Source: Candidatus Thorarchaeota archaeon (GTDB lineage Archaea; Asgardarchaeota; Thorarchaeia; Thorarchaeales; Thorarchaeaceae). From it: a stretch of DNA of 64,000 bases. Shown piece after piece: positions 9,810-18,429 of this stretch (position 1 is its first letter; each line of letters starts with the position of its first letter). The DNA is taken from contig CP070761.1 of assembly GCA_020348985.1 (NCBI GenBank), forward strand, positions 2,800,021-2,864,020, in the 5' to 3' direction. The notes beneath the pieces are model-generated. The model was not told the origin of the DNA and did not search any database. It saw only the letters and a list, made by a program, of their open reading frames with translations. A program made the translations under genes and the position numbers.

Positions 9810-10682
9810 CTAGTCGTCCTCATTGAGGGCGTCTACATGGTCCTCGACATTTCTGATTTGCACTGGGTCCGCCATTCCATGGAAGGTGACCTCGGAAGTC
9901 GATTCGACGTCACCCCTTCTCAATGGAGTCGCCCTTCCGCTTACCCATATAGTGCCAGCCTGAATCTTGCGATTCTTTGGAACAACCGAGTTGGCCCCAA
10001 TGACCGCGTTGTCTCCAATCTCTGCACCAGGCATGATAATCGCGTAACCCCCAACAGTGACATTGTCACCAATCTTGACCTTCTTGAGGTACAGCGAATT
10101 GCCTTCAAAGACATGAGCAGATATAATCGCGCCGTAGCCTGTATAGCAATTCCTTCCGATTTCGACTCGCTCTGGTGTGAACACGAGACTATTGCCCAGT
10201 ACTGTGTCCTTTCCAATCTTGGCCCCAAATTGAACCTGCCTTACCCTACCATCGATATACGGTGCAAAGAGCCAGATGAAGTGTCTTAATAGAGCATAGT
10301 AGGTTTCGCGGAACTCGTAGATCAACCATTCATCAGAGTCCCGAGTATAGTAGCCTTCATCGACCATGGGTATCGCCAAACGGGACAACTTGAACATTGC
10401 CACCAGGACAGTGAGAAACACAGTGTAGCAGACCAAGCCGATAGGTACGACTAGAATGAGGAACCAGAACTTCTCGTACACAAACTGCGGAAAAGCACCT
10501 GCAAATTGGATTTCGACGAAGGCCTGAATGTCTTGGAATGGCCATCCGAAACCATTAATCACGGGGTCGAGATTCTGAAGAGCATAGAAGAACATGAAGA
10601 CCGGAATGATTGATGCTATCGCCATACTGATTAGAATCGATAGGGCCATGTAGATTCCGTATACTCTGGTCTTGACTTTCAG
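9810..10682 (-). CDS. Membrane LbH (hexapeptide) acyltransferase-like protein, paralog 1
   Basis: N-terminal TM helices, then FGAKIGK...KKVKIGDNVTVGGYAIIMPGAEIGDNAVIGANS. Probable CTG start at 10682 after AGGAGG (ATG at 10649 is the alternative). Confidence 0.85.
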   Translation of the reverse strand: MKVKTRVYGIYMALSILISMAIASIIPVFMFFYALQNLDPVINGFGWPFQDIQAFVEIQFAGAFPQFVYEKFWFLILVVPIGLVCYTVFLTVLVAMFKLSRLAIPMVDEGYYTRDSDEWLIYEFRETYYALLRHFIWLFAPYIDGRVRQVQFGAKIGKDTVLGNSLVFTPERVEIGRNCYTGYGAIISAHVFEGNSLYLKKVKIGDNVTVGGYAIIMPGAEIGDNAVIGANSVVPKNRKIQAGTIWVSGRATPLRRGDVESTSEVTFHGMADPVQIRNVEDHVDALNEDD

Positions 10683-10782
10683 TTTCCGGCCTCCTATGCC
10701 AATGATTTTCCGTCACCGGAATCAGTCGGAATAAGAACCTTCCCGTGCAGTGCTTCCGACGTTTTCTGAAGAATTCTTTGCT

Positions 10783-11637
10783 TTACGCTTCAGATGGTTC
10801 GGACGGACCATCTTCATCTTCAACTGATTTGGCCGGATTGGTAATCGCCTGAATGCTAACCGGGTCCATGTCTTTCCGGGGTATCGCGTTCCCGTTGATC
10901 CAAATGGAGTTGGGAGGAATAATGCGGTCCTTGCCAACCACTGTGTTGGCGGCAACAATTGAGTTGTCGCCTATTTCAGTCCCCGCGAAAACCATAGCGT
11001 GACCTCCCACGGTCACATTGTTGCCAATCTTCACGGTCTTGATATACAACCTGTCTCCATCATACATGTGCGGACATAGAAGTGAGCCATACCCAACGAT
11101 GCAATTCTTACCGATTTCCAACCTGTCAGGAGTCAAGACGTGCCCTCCGCCAATGATCGTTCCTCTTCCAATCTTGGCTCCGAAGTAGATGTGTAGAAGT
11201 CGTGCATTCAGGAAGGCCGAAAAGAACCAGGTGAAGTGTGAGAAGATGGTATAGTACGATTGGTACATCTCGTAGAAGAGCCATTCACCATTTGCTTTGT
11301 AATAGACTCCTTCGTCAAGATGGGGAATCGCCCGCCTGGAAAGGACAAACATGGCGCACAACACTGCAAGAAACATTCCATAGCAGAACAGACCGAGGGG
11401 TACAATCAAGACAAAGAACCAGAACCTCTCAAGTGCAATCGCAGGAAGAACGCCTGCGAAAGCACCAGCAAAGAAACTCTGGATATTTGCGAATGGCCAA
11501 CCGAAGCCTGTTAGAACTGAGTCTAGATTCTCAAATGCTGCCAGGAATACGAAAACCGCTGGCATCGCTGCGATGAAGATACTGAGGAGCATTGACAATG
11601 CCATGTAAAGGGCATATGCAATGTACTTAGGCTTCAG
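10783..11637 (-). CDS. Membrane LbH (hexapeptide) acyltransferase-like protein, paralog 2
   Basis: Clear paralog of 9810-10682 (GFGWPF, E[RK]FWF, FGAKIG, VKIG.NVTVGG). Probable CTG start at 11637 (ATG at 11604 is the alternative). Confidence 0.85.
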   Translation of the reverse strand: MKPKYIAYALYMALSMLLSIFIAAMPAVFVFLAAFENLDSVLTGFGWPFANIQSFFAGAFAGVLPAIALERFWFFVLIVPLGLFCYGMFLAVLCAMFVLSRRAIPHLDEGVYYKANGEWLFYEMYQSYYTIFSHFTWFFSAFLNARLLHIYFGAKIGRGTIIGGGHVLTPDRLEIGKNCIVGYGSLLCPHMYDGDRLYIKTVKIGNNVTVGGHAMVFAGTEIGDNSIVAANTVVGKDRIIPPNSIWINGNAIPRKDMDPVSIQAITNPAKSVEDEDGPSEPSEA

Positions 11638-11783
11638 CTTCAGACGCTCCTCTAGGGCTCTTAATCGTGGTCAATCGCCAGACTCCATTTTTCAAGGTTT
11701 CCGGTACGGGCGGATACGATTTTGTCCTCGCAGAAACAGATATAGAGCCCACCAAATCGAGTCCGTAAGCCGCACTTACCCCT

Positions 11784-13031
11784 TTGGTGAAAGATATGAC
11801 CTACGATCTCGCGATTGCCGGAACTGGCCCAGCAGGTTTGATGACCGCTGACCGAGCTTCAGAGAAGGGACTAAGGACAATCGTTCTCGAGAAACGGAAC
11901 CACGTTACTGATTCCCTAATGGGCGAGCTAGTTACCGACAACGCTCTAAGACTGCTTCGCGTCAAACCTGATTCTGAATTTATCGGCAACAAGTATAGTG
12001 AGATCGTGGGAGAGAGCCTAGACACTGGCGCAAACGTAGTAGTCGGTAAGGAGTTGCTAGGTAATGCATACCTTTTCGATGAAGACAAGTGTCAGGAGCT
12101 CATGAGAGACCGTGCCGAGGCAAATGGAGCAGAGTTCAAGTATGGAGCACGTGTCAGGTCGGTGATCAAAGAGAATGGCTCAGTTGTAGGGATGAAGTAC
12201 AAAACCGACGATGAAGTTAGGGCCAAGCTCACTGTCGGTGCTGACGGTGCGTTTAGCAGGGTCTCAGAGACCGCAGGTTTTAGGTCATTTGTCAAGAAAT
12301 GGCTGCTGAGTTATGGATATCGATGGAAGCTGGAAAACTGCAAGGGCGTTGATCCTAACGTGGCTTACTTTTACGTTGGCAAAGATGTCGGATTGGGCTA
12401 CCTATGGTTGTACCCGAGGAGTGAGTCCGAGGTCAATCTTGGAATAGGCCGTGTTCCATCTTCAAAGACAAATTGGGATGCGCTTCCGCCCATGCAGGAA
12501 GTCTTGAGGAAATACAAGAACAGCCATTCTGAGACAAAGGATGCGACGATTGCTTCGGTAAATGGTGGCGTCGTACCTTGCGCGGGAATAATCCCCCGTT
12601 TTACTGATGCTGGCGTGGCTCTTTGCGGAAACAGTGCAGGCCAGGTCTCGTCGATCGTCGGCGGTGGCGTGACAACTTGCTTTCACGCAGGCACTCTTCT
12701 GGCCAAGCATGCCGCCAGAGCTATCGAAGAAGATGATGTTTCAAAGAAGAGCATTGAGAAGTATGAGAAGGAGTACAGAAAGACCAAGCTCGCCTACAAC
12801 ATAACCCAGACAGGCAAGGGGATGTGGGCAGTGTCCAAGTTTGCAATGTTCAACGATCCAATTGATGCAGCCGAGGTAGTGCTAGAGTCACTTGATGCAA
12901 GGACACTGAATGCTGCGATTCAGGGAAACATGAAAGTGAGTGACATCATGACTCTGCTGACCGACTTCTTGCCCATGGTGATGACAATAGGAAAGGGTTA
13001 CCTTCGGAGCATAGCAGTGAGTGGGCTCTGA
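11784..13031 (+). CDS. Geranylgeranyl reductase-family FAD oxidoreductase
   Basis: AGTGPAG, VGADG, GYLWLYP, NLGIG, GNSAGQV...GGG. Confidence 0.85.
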   Translation: MVKDMTYDLAIAGTGPAGLMTADRASEKGLRTIVLEKRNHVTDSLMGELVTDNALRLLRVKPDSEFIGNKYSEIVGESLDTGANVVVGKELLGNAYLFDEDKCQELMRDRAEANGAEFKYGARVRSVIKENGSVVGMKYKTDDEVRAKLTVGADGAFSRVSETAGFRSFVKKWLLSYGYRWKLENCKGVDPNVAYFYVGKDVGLGYLWLYPRSESEVNLGIGRVPSSKTNWDALPPMQEVLRKYKNSHSETKDATIASVNGGVVPCAGIIPRFTDAGVALCGNSAGQVSSIVGGGVTTCFHAGTLLAKHAARAIEEDDVSKKSIEKYEKEYRKTKLAYNITQTGKGMWAVSKFAMFNDPIDAAEVVLESLDARTLNAAIQGNMKVSDIMTLLTDFLPMVMTIGKGYLRSIAVSGL

Positions 13032-13047
13032 ATAGAGAGAATAAGGG

Positions 13048-13181
13048 GTAACACAGCGGCCCACTCGATTCCCAACTCTCTTGTTCGAACAGTGGTGTAC
13101 ATTGTTCGTGCCCTCATGCTGGAAGAAGACTCGCCCAGCGCGAATGGGCCCATGTGTTACAACGACATCATCGTTGATGTC
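13048..13181. repeat. Imperfect inverted repeat enclosing two hairpins, plus an adjacent perfect hairpin
   Basis: 13048-13067 GTAACACAGCGGCCCACTCG vs 13141-13160 CGAATGGGCCCATGTGTTAC (17/20 complementary); inner stems 13086-13108 and 13118-13139; GACATCA-TCGT-TGATGTC at 13164-13181. Confidence 0.6.
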
Positions 13182-13537
13182 ACTAATAAATCTGTTACCT
13201 GCGTTAACATTTATCGAGTTATTGTTTTGTGAATTTTCAATTCTGATTTCAAAATAGATGCAATTCAGAAAAGGAGAGAGTAGGTGAGGGGGGCCGTCAC
13301 ACGCCAGCTAATGCGGGGACCACCCCCTCGCCACCTGTTTTCGCCTAAGCAGAATGCCTGCCCATGCCCAGCACGAGGCTGAGTCAGCACTTCTGTGCGA
13401 GAAGCACTTGATACCCGCTCTAATGCAGGAGTGTGTTCAGCACGACAGATATAAGAGTATTGTCGGGCGTTAACAGCACTTAAGTTACTAAATAGCGACA
13501 ACTAGAGCTCCATTTGGGTTAATTCGGAGTGGATGGC

Positions 13538-14620
13538 ATGGCTAGAGCAAAATCGGTCAACAAGCAGAGAGTATACGGCGCCTTGGCAAAGCTAGGGTTG
13601 AAGATGGAAGATGAACAGGAGTCAAGATCAATCAGTCTTCTTCGGACAATACTAAGACTCCAGCAAAATGCAAGAAAGCCACTGATGTTCTCGGAAATCT
13701 ATGGAGACTTCACAAGAGAGGGAGCTGGGGAAGGTCTCACAAAGGCATGGGTGCACCGCGTACTGAAGAAGCTTGTAGACGCCGGATTCGTTAGAGTCGA
13801 GAGCCCCACTGCTCACAGAAAGAGATACACCTCTGATGTCAATTCTATTATGAACGCTCTGGAGAAGCTTCGAAGTGAGAGAATTGAAGGGATTTCGAAT
13901 CTCATGAAGGATCTTGAAGACGACTTGAGTGAAGTTGAGAAGATCGACCCAGGCGCTCTTGCTCAAGAACTTTTCCGGCAGGTCGCTGGAAGAGAACAAC
14001 CAATTGGCTCTAGGTCCATCAAGGGCCTAGATGAATGGCACCGCGTGACGGATAGCACAATATTCCAGAAAGCGGAACCAGGAGACATCATACGGACTTC
14101 TGTCATGAACATCGGCCCGTTCCTCCAAGGTGTGGAGAAAAGAATAGGAAGAGTCATTGCGGCGGGATCTCGAGGAGTGGATATTCGCTACATGATTCCA
14201 CCGGCAATCTTCCGCCAGGACGATGAGATTAGAGAGAGGGTCCAACGTGAGTGGCTGGTGAACGCTCTAGGGCAATTTGCGGAGTTGGTGAACAAGGGAA
14301 TGAGATTCGACGCCAGATTGAATGTAGGGATGGGCAGGTCTTTTGCATTTATCAGCCTGAATGATGAGTGTATAGCGTTGATGATCTCGGAGAACCCGAT
14401 AATGGGAGCATGGATGACAAGAGACTTCAACCCCCATTTGATTGACAATGCATTAGCGGCATTTGACGAGACTTGGGAGAAATCGAGGTCTATTATTGGG
14501 TTGACACCATCTGACCTTGCGAAAATAGGTGCAAGTTCTGAAAGTTATCTTCATTCAATGATAGAGAAAGGTCAAGAGAGGGCAAAGAAGCGGCAAGGGG
14601 AAGACGAGGGTGAGAAGTAG
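13538..14620 (+). CDS. TrmB-like regulator (wHTH + coiled coil + PLD-like effector domain), copy 1
   Basis: TKAWVHRVLKKLVDAGFV helix-turn-helix; AEPGDIIR; NPHLIDNALAAFDETWE. Confidence 0.75.
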   Translation: MARAKSVNKQRVYGALAKLGLKMEDEQESRSISLLRTILRLQQNARKPLMFSEIYGDFTREGAGEGLTKAWVHRVLKKLVDAGFVRVESPTAHRKRYTSDVNSIMNALEKLRSERIEGISNLMKDLEDDLSEVEKIDPGALAQELFRQVAGREQPIGSRSIKGLDEWHRVTDSTIFQKAEPGDIIRTSVMNIGPFLQGVEKRIGRVIAAGSRGVDIRYMIPPAIFRQDDEIRERVQREWLVNALGQFAELVNKGMRFDARLNVGMGRSFAFISLNDECIALMISENPIMGAWMTRDFNPHLIDNALAAFDETWEKSRSIIGLTPSDLAKIGASSESYLHSMIEKGQERAKKRQGEDEGEK

Positions 14621-14622
14621 AT

Positions 14623-15561
14623 TTGAACAAGGAGGACTTCTCAAGAGCACTTGAGCTAGTAGGCATAAATCTACATGATGGACGTTCTCGCATTCTCCGA
14701 GCAATGCTCAGAGCTCAGCCGTCTCTGGGAACTCAAATCAGTTTCAAAGAGATGTATCAACAGCTCGGAAGGGAAGAAGGGGGAAGAGGGATGGCGAGAC
14801 CCTTGGTGTATCGCTATCTCAAATCACTTGAAAAGGATGGACTAGTCGCCGTTGATAGAAGCGCGTATCGGCACACTTACTCTGTAGGTCTTGAAACTCT
14901 CACAAGTGCAATCGAGAACCTTCGCCTGCGCGCTTTGGAGAAATTAAGATTAGAGTTTGAAGCTGAGACGCAGAGACAAGAGGCAGTCGTTATGCCCTCA
15001 GCGGCCAGCATCGCTGCGGAGTTTATGATCTTCTTGGTCGGAAAACCAGAGAAACCTATACCAAAAACGGTGACTGGTCTTGAAGACATCCAGAGACTAA
15101 TCGATACCGAGATTTACGCGACTGCCAAGGAAGGCGATGTTATTCGTGCAACCATGGACTGGATAACACACGACAGAGACGTGGAGAAAGCCAGATACCA
15201 AGAAGCCCAAAGGCTGTTGGACATGGGTGTAGAGTACAGGACACTCATTAGACGACCATGGGCCCTTGATACGTCAATTGGCAAAATGCGTCGAAGATTC
15301 TATCAGGAGGCAAAGGACAGATACAAAGTCACCTATAGGTTCATGGACAAGAGAGAATGGGCCTACCAGCTTGTCGGAAAGAACCGTGATGGCATTGTAT
15401 TGGTGGTTTCAGAAGATCCTATTACAGCCATCTGGATACCGAGAAGCACAAACCCGATGATTGTTGATGATGCTTTGGACAGCTTTGACCAGGAGTTTGA
15501 GGAGGCACAAGATATGTTGGATGGGAGTCTTGGAGAGGGAGAAACCGAGTATGGAGATTGA
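14623..15561 (+). CDS. TrmB-like regulator, copy 2
   Basis: ARPLVYRYLKSLEKDGLV; AKEGDVIR; NPMIVDDALDSFDQEFE. Confidence 0.75.
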   Translation: MNKEDFSRALELVGINLHDGRSRILRAMLRAQPSLGTQISFKEMYQQLGREEGGRGMARPLVYRYLKSLEKDGLVAVDRSAYRHTYSVGLETLTSAIENLRLRALEKLRLEFEAETQRQEAVVMPSAASIAAEFMIFLVGKPEKPIPKTVTGLEDIQRLIDTEIYATAKEGDVIRATMDWITHDRDVEKARYQEAQRLLDMGVEYRTLIRRPWALDTSIGKMRRRFYQEAKDRYKVTYRFMDKREWAYQLVGKNRDGIVLVVSEDPITAIWIPRSTNPMIVDDALDSFDQEFEEAQDMLDGSLGEGETEYGD

Positions 15562-16516
15562 TAGAGAAGAATTGTGGCGTCATTTTGTCCCTGGATTGAG
15601 AACAAGAGAAACACAGGTCCTCCAGGCCATTCTTGAGATTCATCAAAAGCATGCAAGAGCAGCCACCTTTGAGGAGATTCGGGACGCCCTGACGGTTCTA
15701 CTGGGCCGGAAACCAAGCAGAGTATGGGTGTATAAATGCATCAATGGAATCAGAGATGCCGGATTCCTTGAAGTGATACCTCATCCCACATCGAATCGCT
15801 ATCTGGCGAACGAAGAGATCATCTCACGAGCAATTCGACAGAAGAGGGAAGCAGTGGTCTCAGATTTCGAGGCGAGGAAGGCTGAGCTGCAGGAACAAAT
15901 AGGATTCTTAGAGAATCTTGACTCGTACGCTCTCGCCGTCAGAACACTTAGAGCATTGACTGAAGGACGGGGAGACACTTCGGCCAAGATTGTTGAGGGT
16001 ATCAATAATGTGAGGCAGACCATTATTGATGAGATACTCGAAGTTGCCAAGCCAGGTGATGTGGTCAGAATACACCAAGACATCGAGCCACTGTCAACAC
16101 TCAGAGGCCCAATGGGACCTGTTGAGATGAAACTTATTGAGATTGCCACAGAGGGAGTAGACGTTAGAGGGTTCATGACGGGAGGGCAACTCAAGGAGAA
16201 TGAATTCGGAGCACTAGCCAGCTTCTTCAGTAAGGCTGCGAGCAACTTGATAGAAGCTGCTGTAGGTGGGAATCTTCACTTTAGAATGAAACCGGACCTC
16301 AGTGCGACTTACAGGATTGTGGCACTTAACAGGGAAAGAATGATTCTAATCATGTCCGAGGGGGCACATCCCGATACGGTCATCTTCATGACTCGAGAGT
16401 CAAACCCAAGACTAATAGATGATGCAGTGAATGTGTTCGACTCATTATGGGGAGAGAGTATAGACCTTCTAGCAAGACTTGGTGATATGGTAGCCGACCT
16501 GAAAACGTCTCATTAG
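15551..16516 (+). CDS. TrmB-like regulator, copy 3
   Basis: SRVWVYKCINGIRDAGFL; AKPGDVVR; NPRLIDDAVNVFDSLWG. Start set to ATG 15551, overlapping the copy 2 stop. Confidence 0.75.
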   Translation: MEIDREELWRHFVPGLRTRETQVLQAILEIHQKHARAATFEEIRDALTVLLGRKPSRVWVYKCINGIRDAGFLEVIPHPTSNRYLANEEIISRAIRQKREAVVSDFEARKAELQEQIGFLENLDSYALAVRTLRALTEGRGDTSAKIVEGINNVRQTIIDEILEVAKPGDVVRIHQDIEPLSTLRGPMGPVEMKLIEIATEGVDVRGFMTGGQLKENEFGALASFFSKAASNLIEAAVGGNLHFRMKPDLSATYRIVALNRERMILIMSEGAHPDTVIFMTRESNPRLIDDAVNVFDSLWGESIDLLARLGDMVADLKTSH

Positions 16517-16538
16517 CTCAAAATATCAACTGAAGCGA

Positions 16539-17615
16539 TTATGACTCTTGGGCATCATTCAGCCAAGTCCTATTTTCTGTCAGTGTCAGGAAGATATCGT
16601 CACAGACAGCCTGAAAGATCTCCCATGGACCGTACTCGCCACCTGCAGCATAGGGATGTCCGCCCCCTTTGAATAGCTTCGCAGCCATATCACATAGTAC
16701 GGATTCGCTACCTCTGCGAAATCCGAGCATACCACCCTGTGTCAGGGTAATCATAAGATCAGCACGAGCTAGTTGCCGCCCTTCTACAGCCAGGTTGGTT
16801 TCTTCAGCCATGAACGTACCAATGTCAGTAGTGGTGATGCCCAGCGGTATTTGCACAATCCTGATGAGTCGTTCATGGACCTTCTGGTCGCAATGGTCTT
16901 TGAGAGCTCGCTTCATTTTCTTGAGCCGCTCTTTCCTGTAATTCCTTACCTGTTTTTCAAGCAGGTCATCTTTCAGTCGTTTTGCATCATCGTCCCAGAC
17001 TTCTTCGAGCCCCCCGTTAGCGATAGATGTGAGTAGTGGGCGGAGCGCTTCCGTCATATCGTCTTTTGATGCTATGGCCGCGAATCTTAGAACAGCTAGG
17101 GCATCAGCAAGCGCAGTAGCGGCTTCGACCTCACGGAGATTAAAGTCTGTGTCGTGAGCGATACGAGCAAGCTCTGCGCACACCTCATCTCTCGGCATCA
17201 GCGTCTTGAACGCGATTTCAGCTGCGCAGAAGTCAGGATTCACTCTGAGAATCGGCTTGTTAGGAAGGGAGACAATCGCTTTCATAGACCGCGTAGCCCA
17301 ATTATGATGGTCCAGCCATACAATCTTGCAGCCCTGGGAGATGGCTCTTTTCAAACCTGAAGTGACCTGAGGAAGGATATTCTCATCCAGTCCCAAGTCA
17401 GTGATGACTATGATCGAATTCTTTCGGCTACCGATCTTCTTGAAGACCACGTCCATTGTGCCATAGTCGGTTAGGATCACATCGAAGTCCATACCTTTGC
17501 TCTCTGCGTACCTAGCAACTATCGCTGAGGCACAGAGACCATCGACGTCCTTTTCATGAGATACGGAAAGAATCGAACTGATCTTGGCGGTCTTGGGTTG
17601 GCCGCTTTCTGTCAT
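16539..17615 (-). CDS. DHH/DHHA1 family phosphoesterase
   Basis: HEKDVDG, TDL, LDHH, GGGHPYAAG. Confidence 0.9.
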   Translation of the reverse strand: MTESGQPKTAKISSILSVSHEKDVDGLCASAIVARYAESKGMDFDVILTDYGTMDVVFKKIGSRKNSIIVITDLGLDENILPQVTSGLKRAISQGCKIVWLDHHNWATRSMKAIVSLPNKPILRVNPDFCAAEIAFKTLMPRDEVCAELARIAHDTDFNLREVEAATALADALAVLRFAAIASKDDMTEALRPLLTSIANGGLEEVWDDDAKRLKDDLLEKQVRNYRKERLKKMKRALKDHCDQKVHERLIRIVQIPLGITTTDIGTFMAEETNLAVEGRQLARADLMITLTQGGMLGFRRGSESVLCDMAAKLFKGGGHPYAAGGEYGPWEIFQAVCDDIFLTLTENRTWLNDAQES

Positions 17616-17764
17616 TATGCGGTTGTCTCCAGAATGAGAATAGCCCTTTTAGGCTTCAAATAACGGTATTGGTAAAGCACTATCTAGTCGGCTATAGGCT
17701 ACAAGCACACTTGTGGTTTGAATATCCACAATACAAATTAATGCTAGGCAGTCTAGGACAATGC

Positions 17765-18337
17765 ATGGTGAGTGTGTTTAGGGGGCCACCAGAGCCATAC
17801 GAATTGACCTTCAAGCTAGCAGCTCTCGGCGACGCAGCCGTAGGCAAGACGAGCTGCCTGAGACGATACCGAGAGGGAACGTTCGATGCAGACTACACAC
17901 CCACGTTGGGCGCTCTCTTCTCAAAGATGATGGTAGAGCTTGCTTCGACTTCTGGTCGGAAGATAATGACGCAGCTTGTTTTGTGGGATCTTGCAGGTCA
18001 GGAATTGAAAGCAAGCTTGGTAAAGAAATACGTTGCAGGTGCTCGATTGGCGATTATTGTATATGACGTGACCAGACCTCAGACCTTCAAAGATGTCGAT
18101 TTATGGTATAACATTCTGAAAGAGGCCGAACCTGACGCTACTGTCGCAATCGTTGGTAACAAGGTGGACTTGGTCAAACATGTTCCTACAGAAGAGGCTA
18201 AGGCATATGCTGACTCAATTGATGCCTTGTTCTATGAGACCAGCGCCAAGACAGGACATAACATCGAGTGGATGTTTACAGATTTGATTTATCATTTCTT
18301 CAAGAAACACGAAGAAATCAAGCTACTCAAACACTAA
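17765..18337 (+). CDS. Rab-like small GTPase
   Basis: GDAAVGKT, YTPTLG, WDLAGQE, NKVD, ETSAK. Start set to ATG 17765. Confidence 0.92.
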   Translation: MVSVFRGPPEPYELTFKLAALGDAAVGKTSCLRRYREGTFDADYTPTLGALFSKMMVELASTSGRKIMTQLVLWDLAGQELKASLVKKYVAGARLAIIVYDVTRPQTFKDVDLWYNILKEAEPDATVAIVGNKVDLVKHVPTEEAKAYADSIDALFYETSAKTGHNIEWMFTDLIYHFFKKHEEIKLLKH

Positions 18338-18429
18338 TGCTTGGCTCGTTGACACGTCGATTTGACCGGCCTTTAGTTCTTACAGTAATCCTTTTGCTGT
18401 CCCGATGTTTCAGATTCTTCGGATCTACA

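Noticed and set aside
13048-13340. Possible 5S rRNA, SRP RNA, RNase P RNA or SECIS element
   Set aside because: I found none of the conserved signatures on either strand, and no adjacent gene has an in-frame TGA suggesting selenocysteine.
13376-13432. Possible TPP riboswitch (CTGAG, ATACCC, TAATGC, AGGA fragments)
   Set aside because: The ACCTGAT core and correct helix spacing are missing, and no thiamine gene follows.
13265-13501. 78-aa minus-strand ORF
   Set aside because: Composition is not protein-like and it spans GC-rich stem-loops; more likely non-coding.
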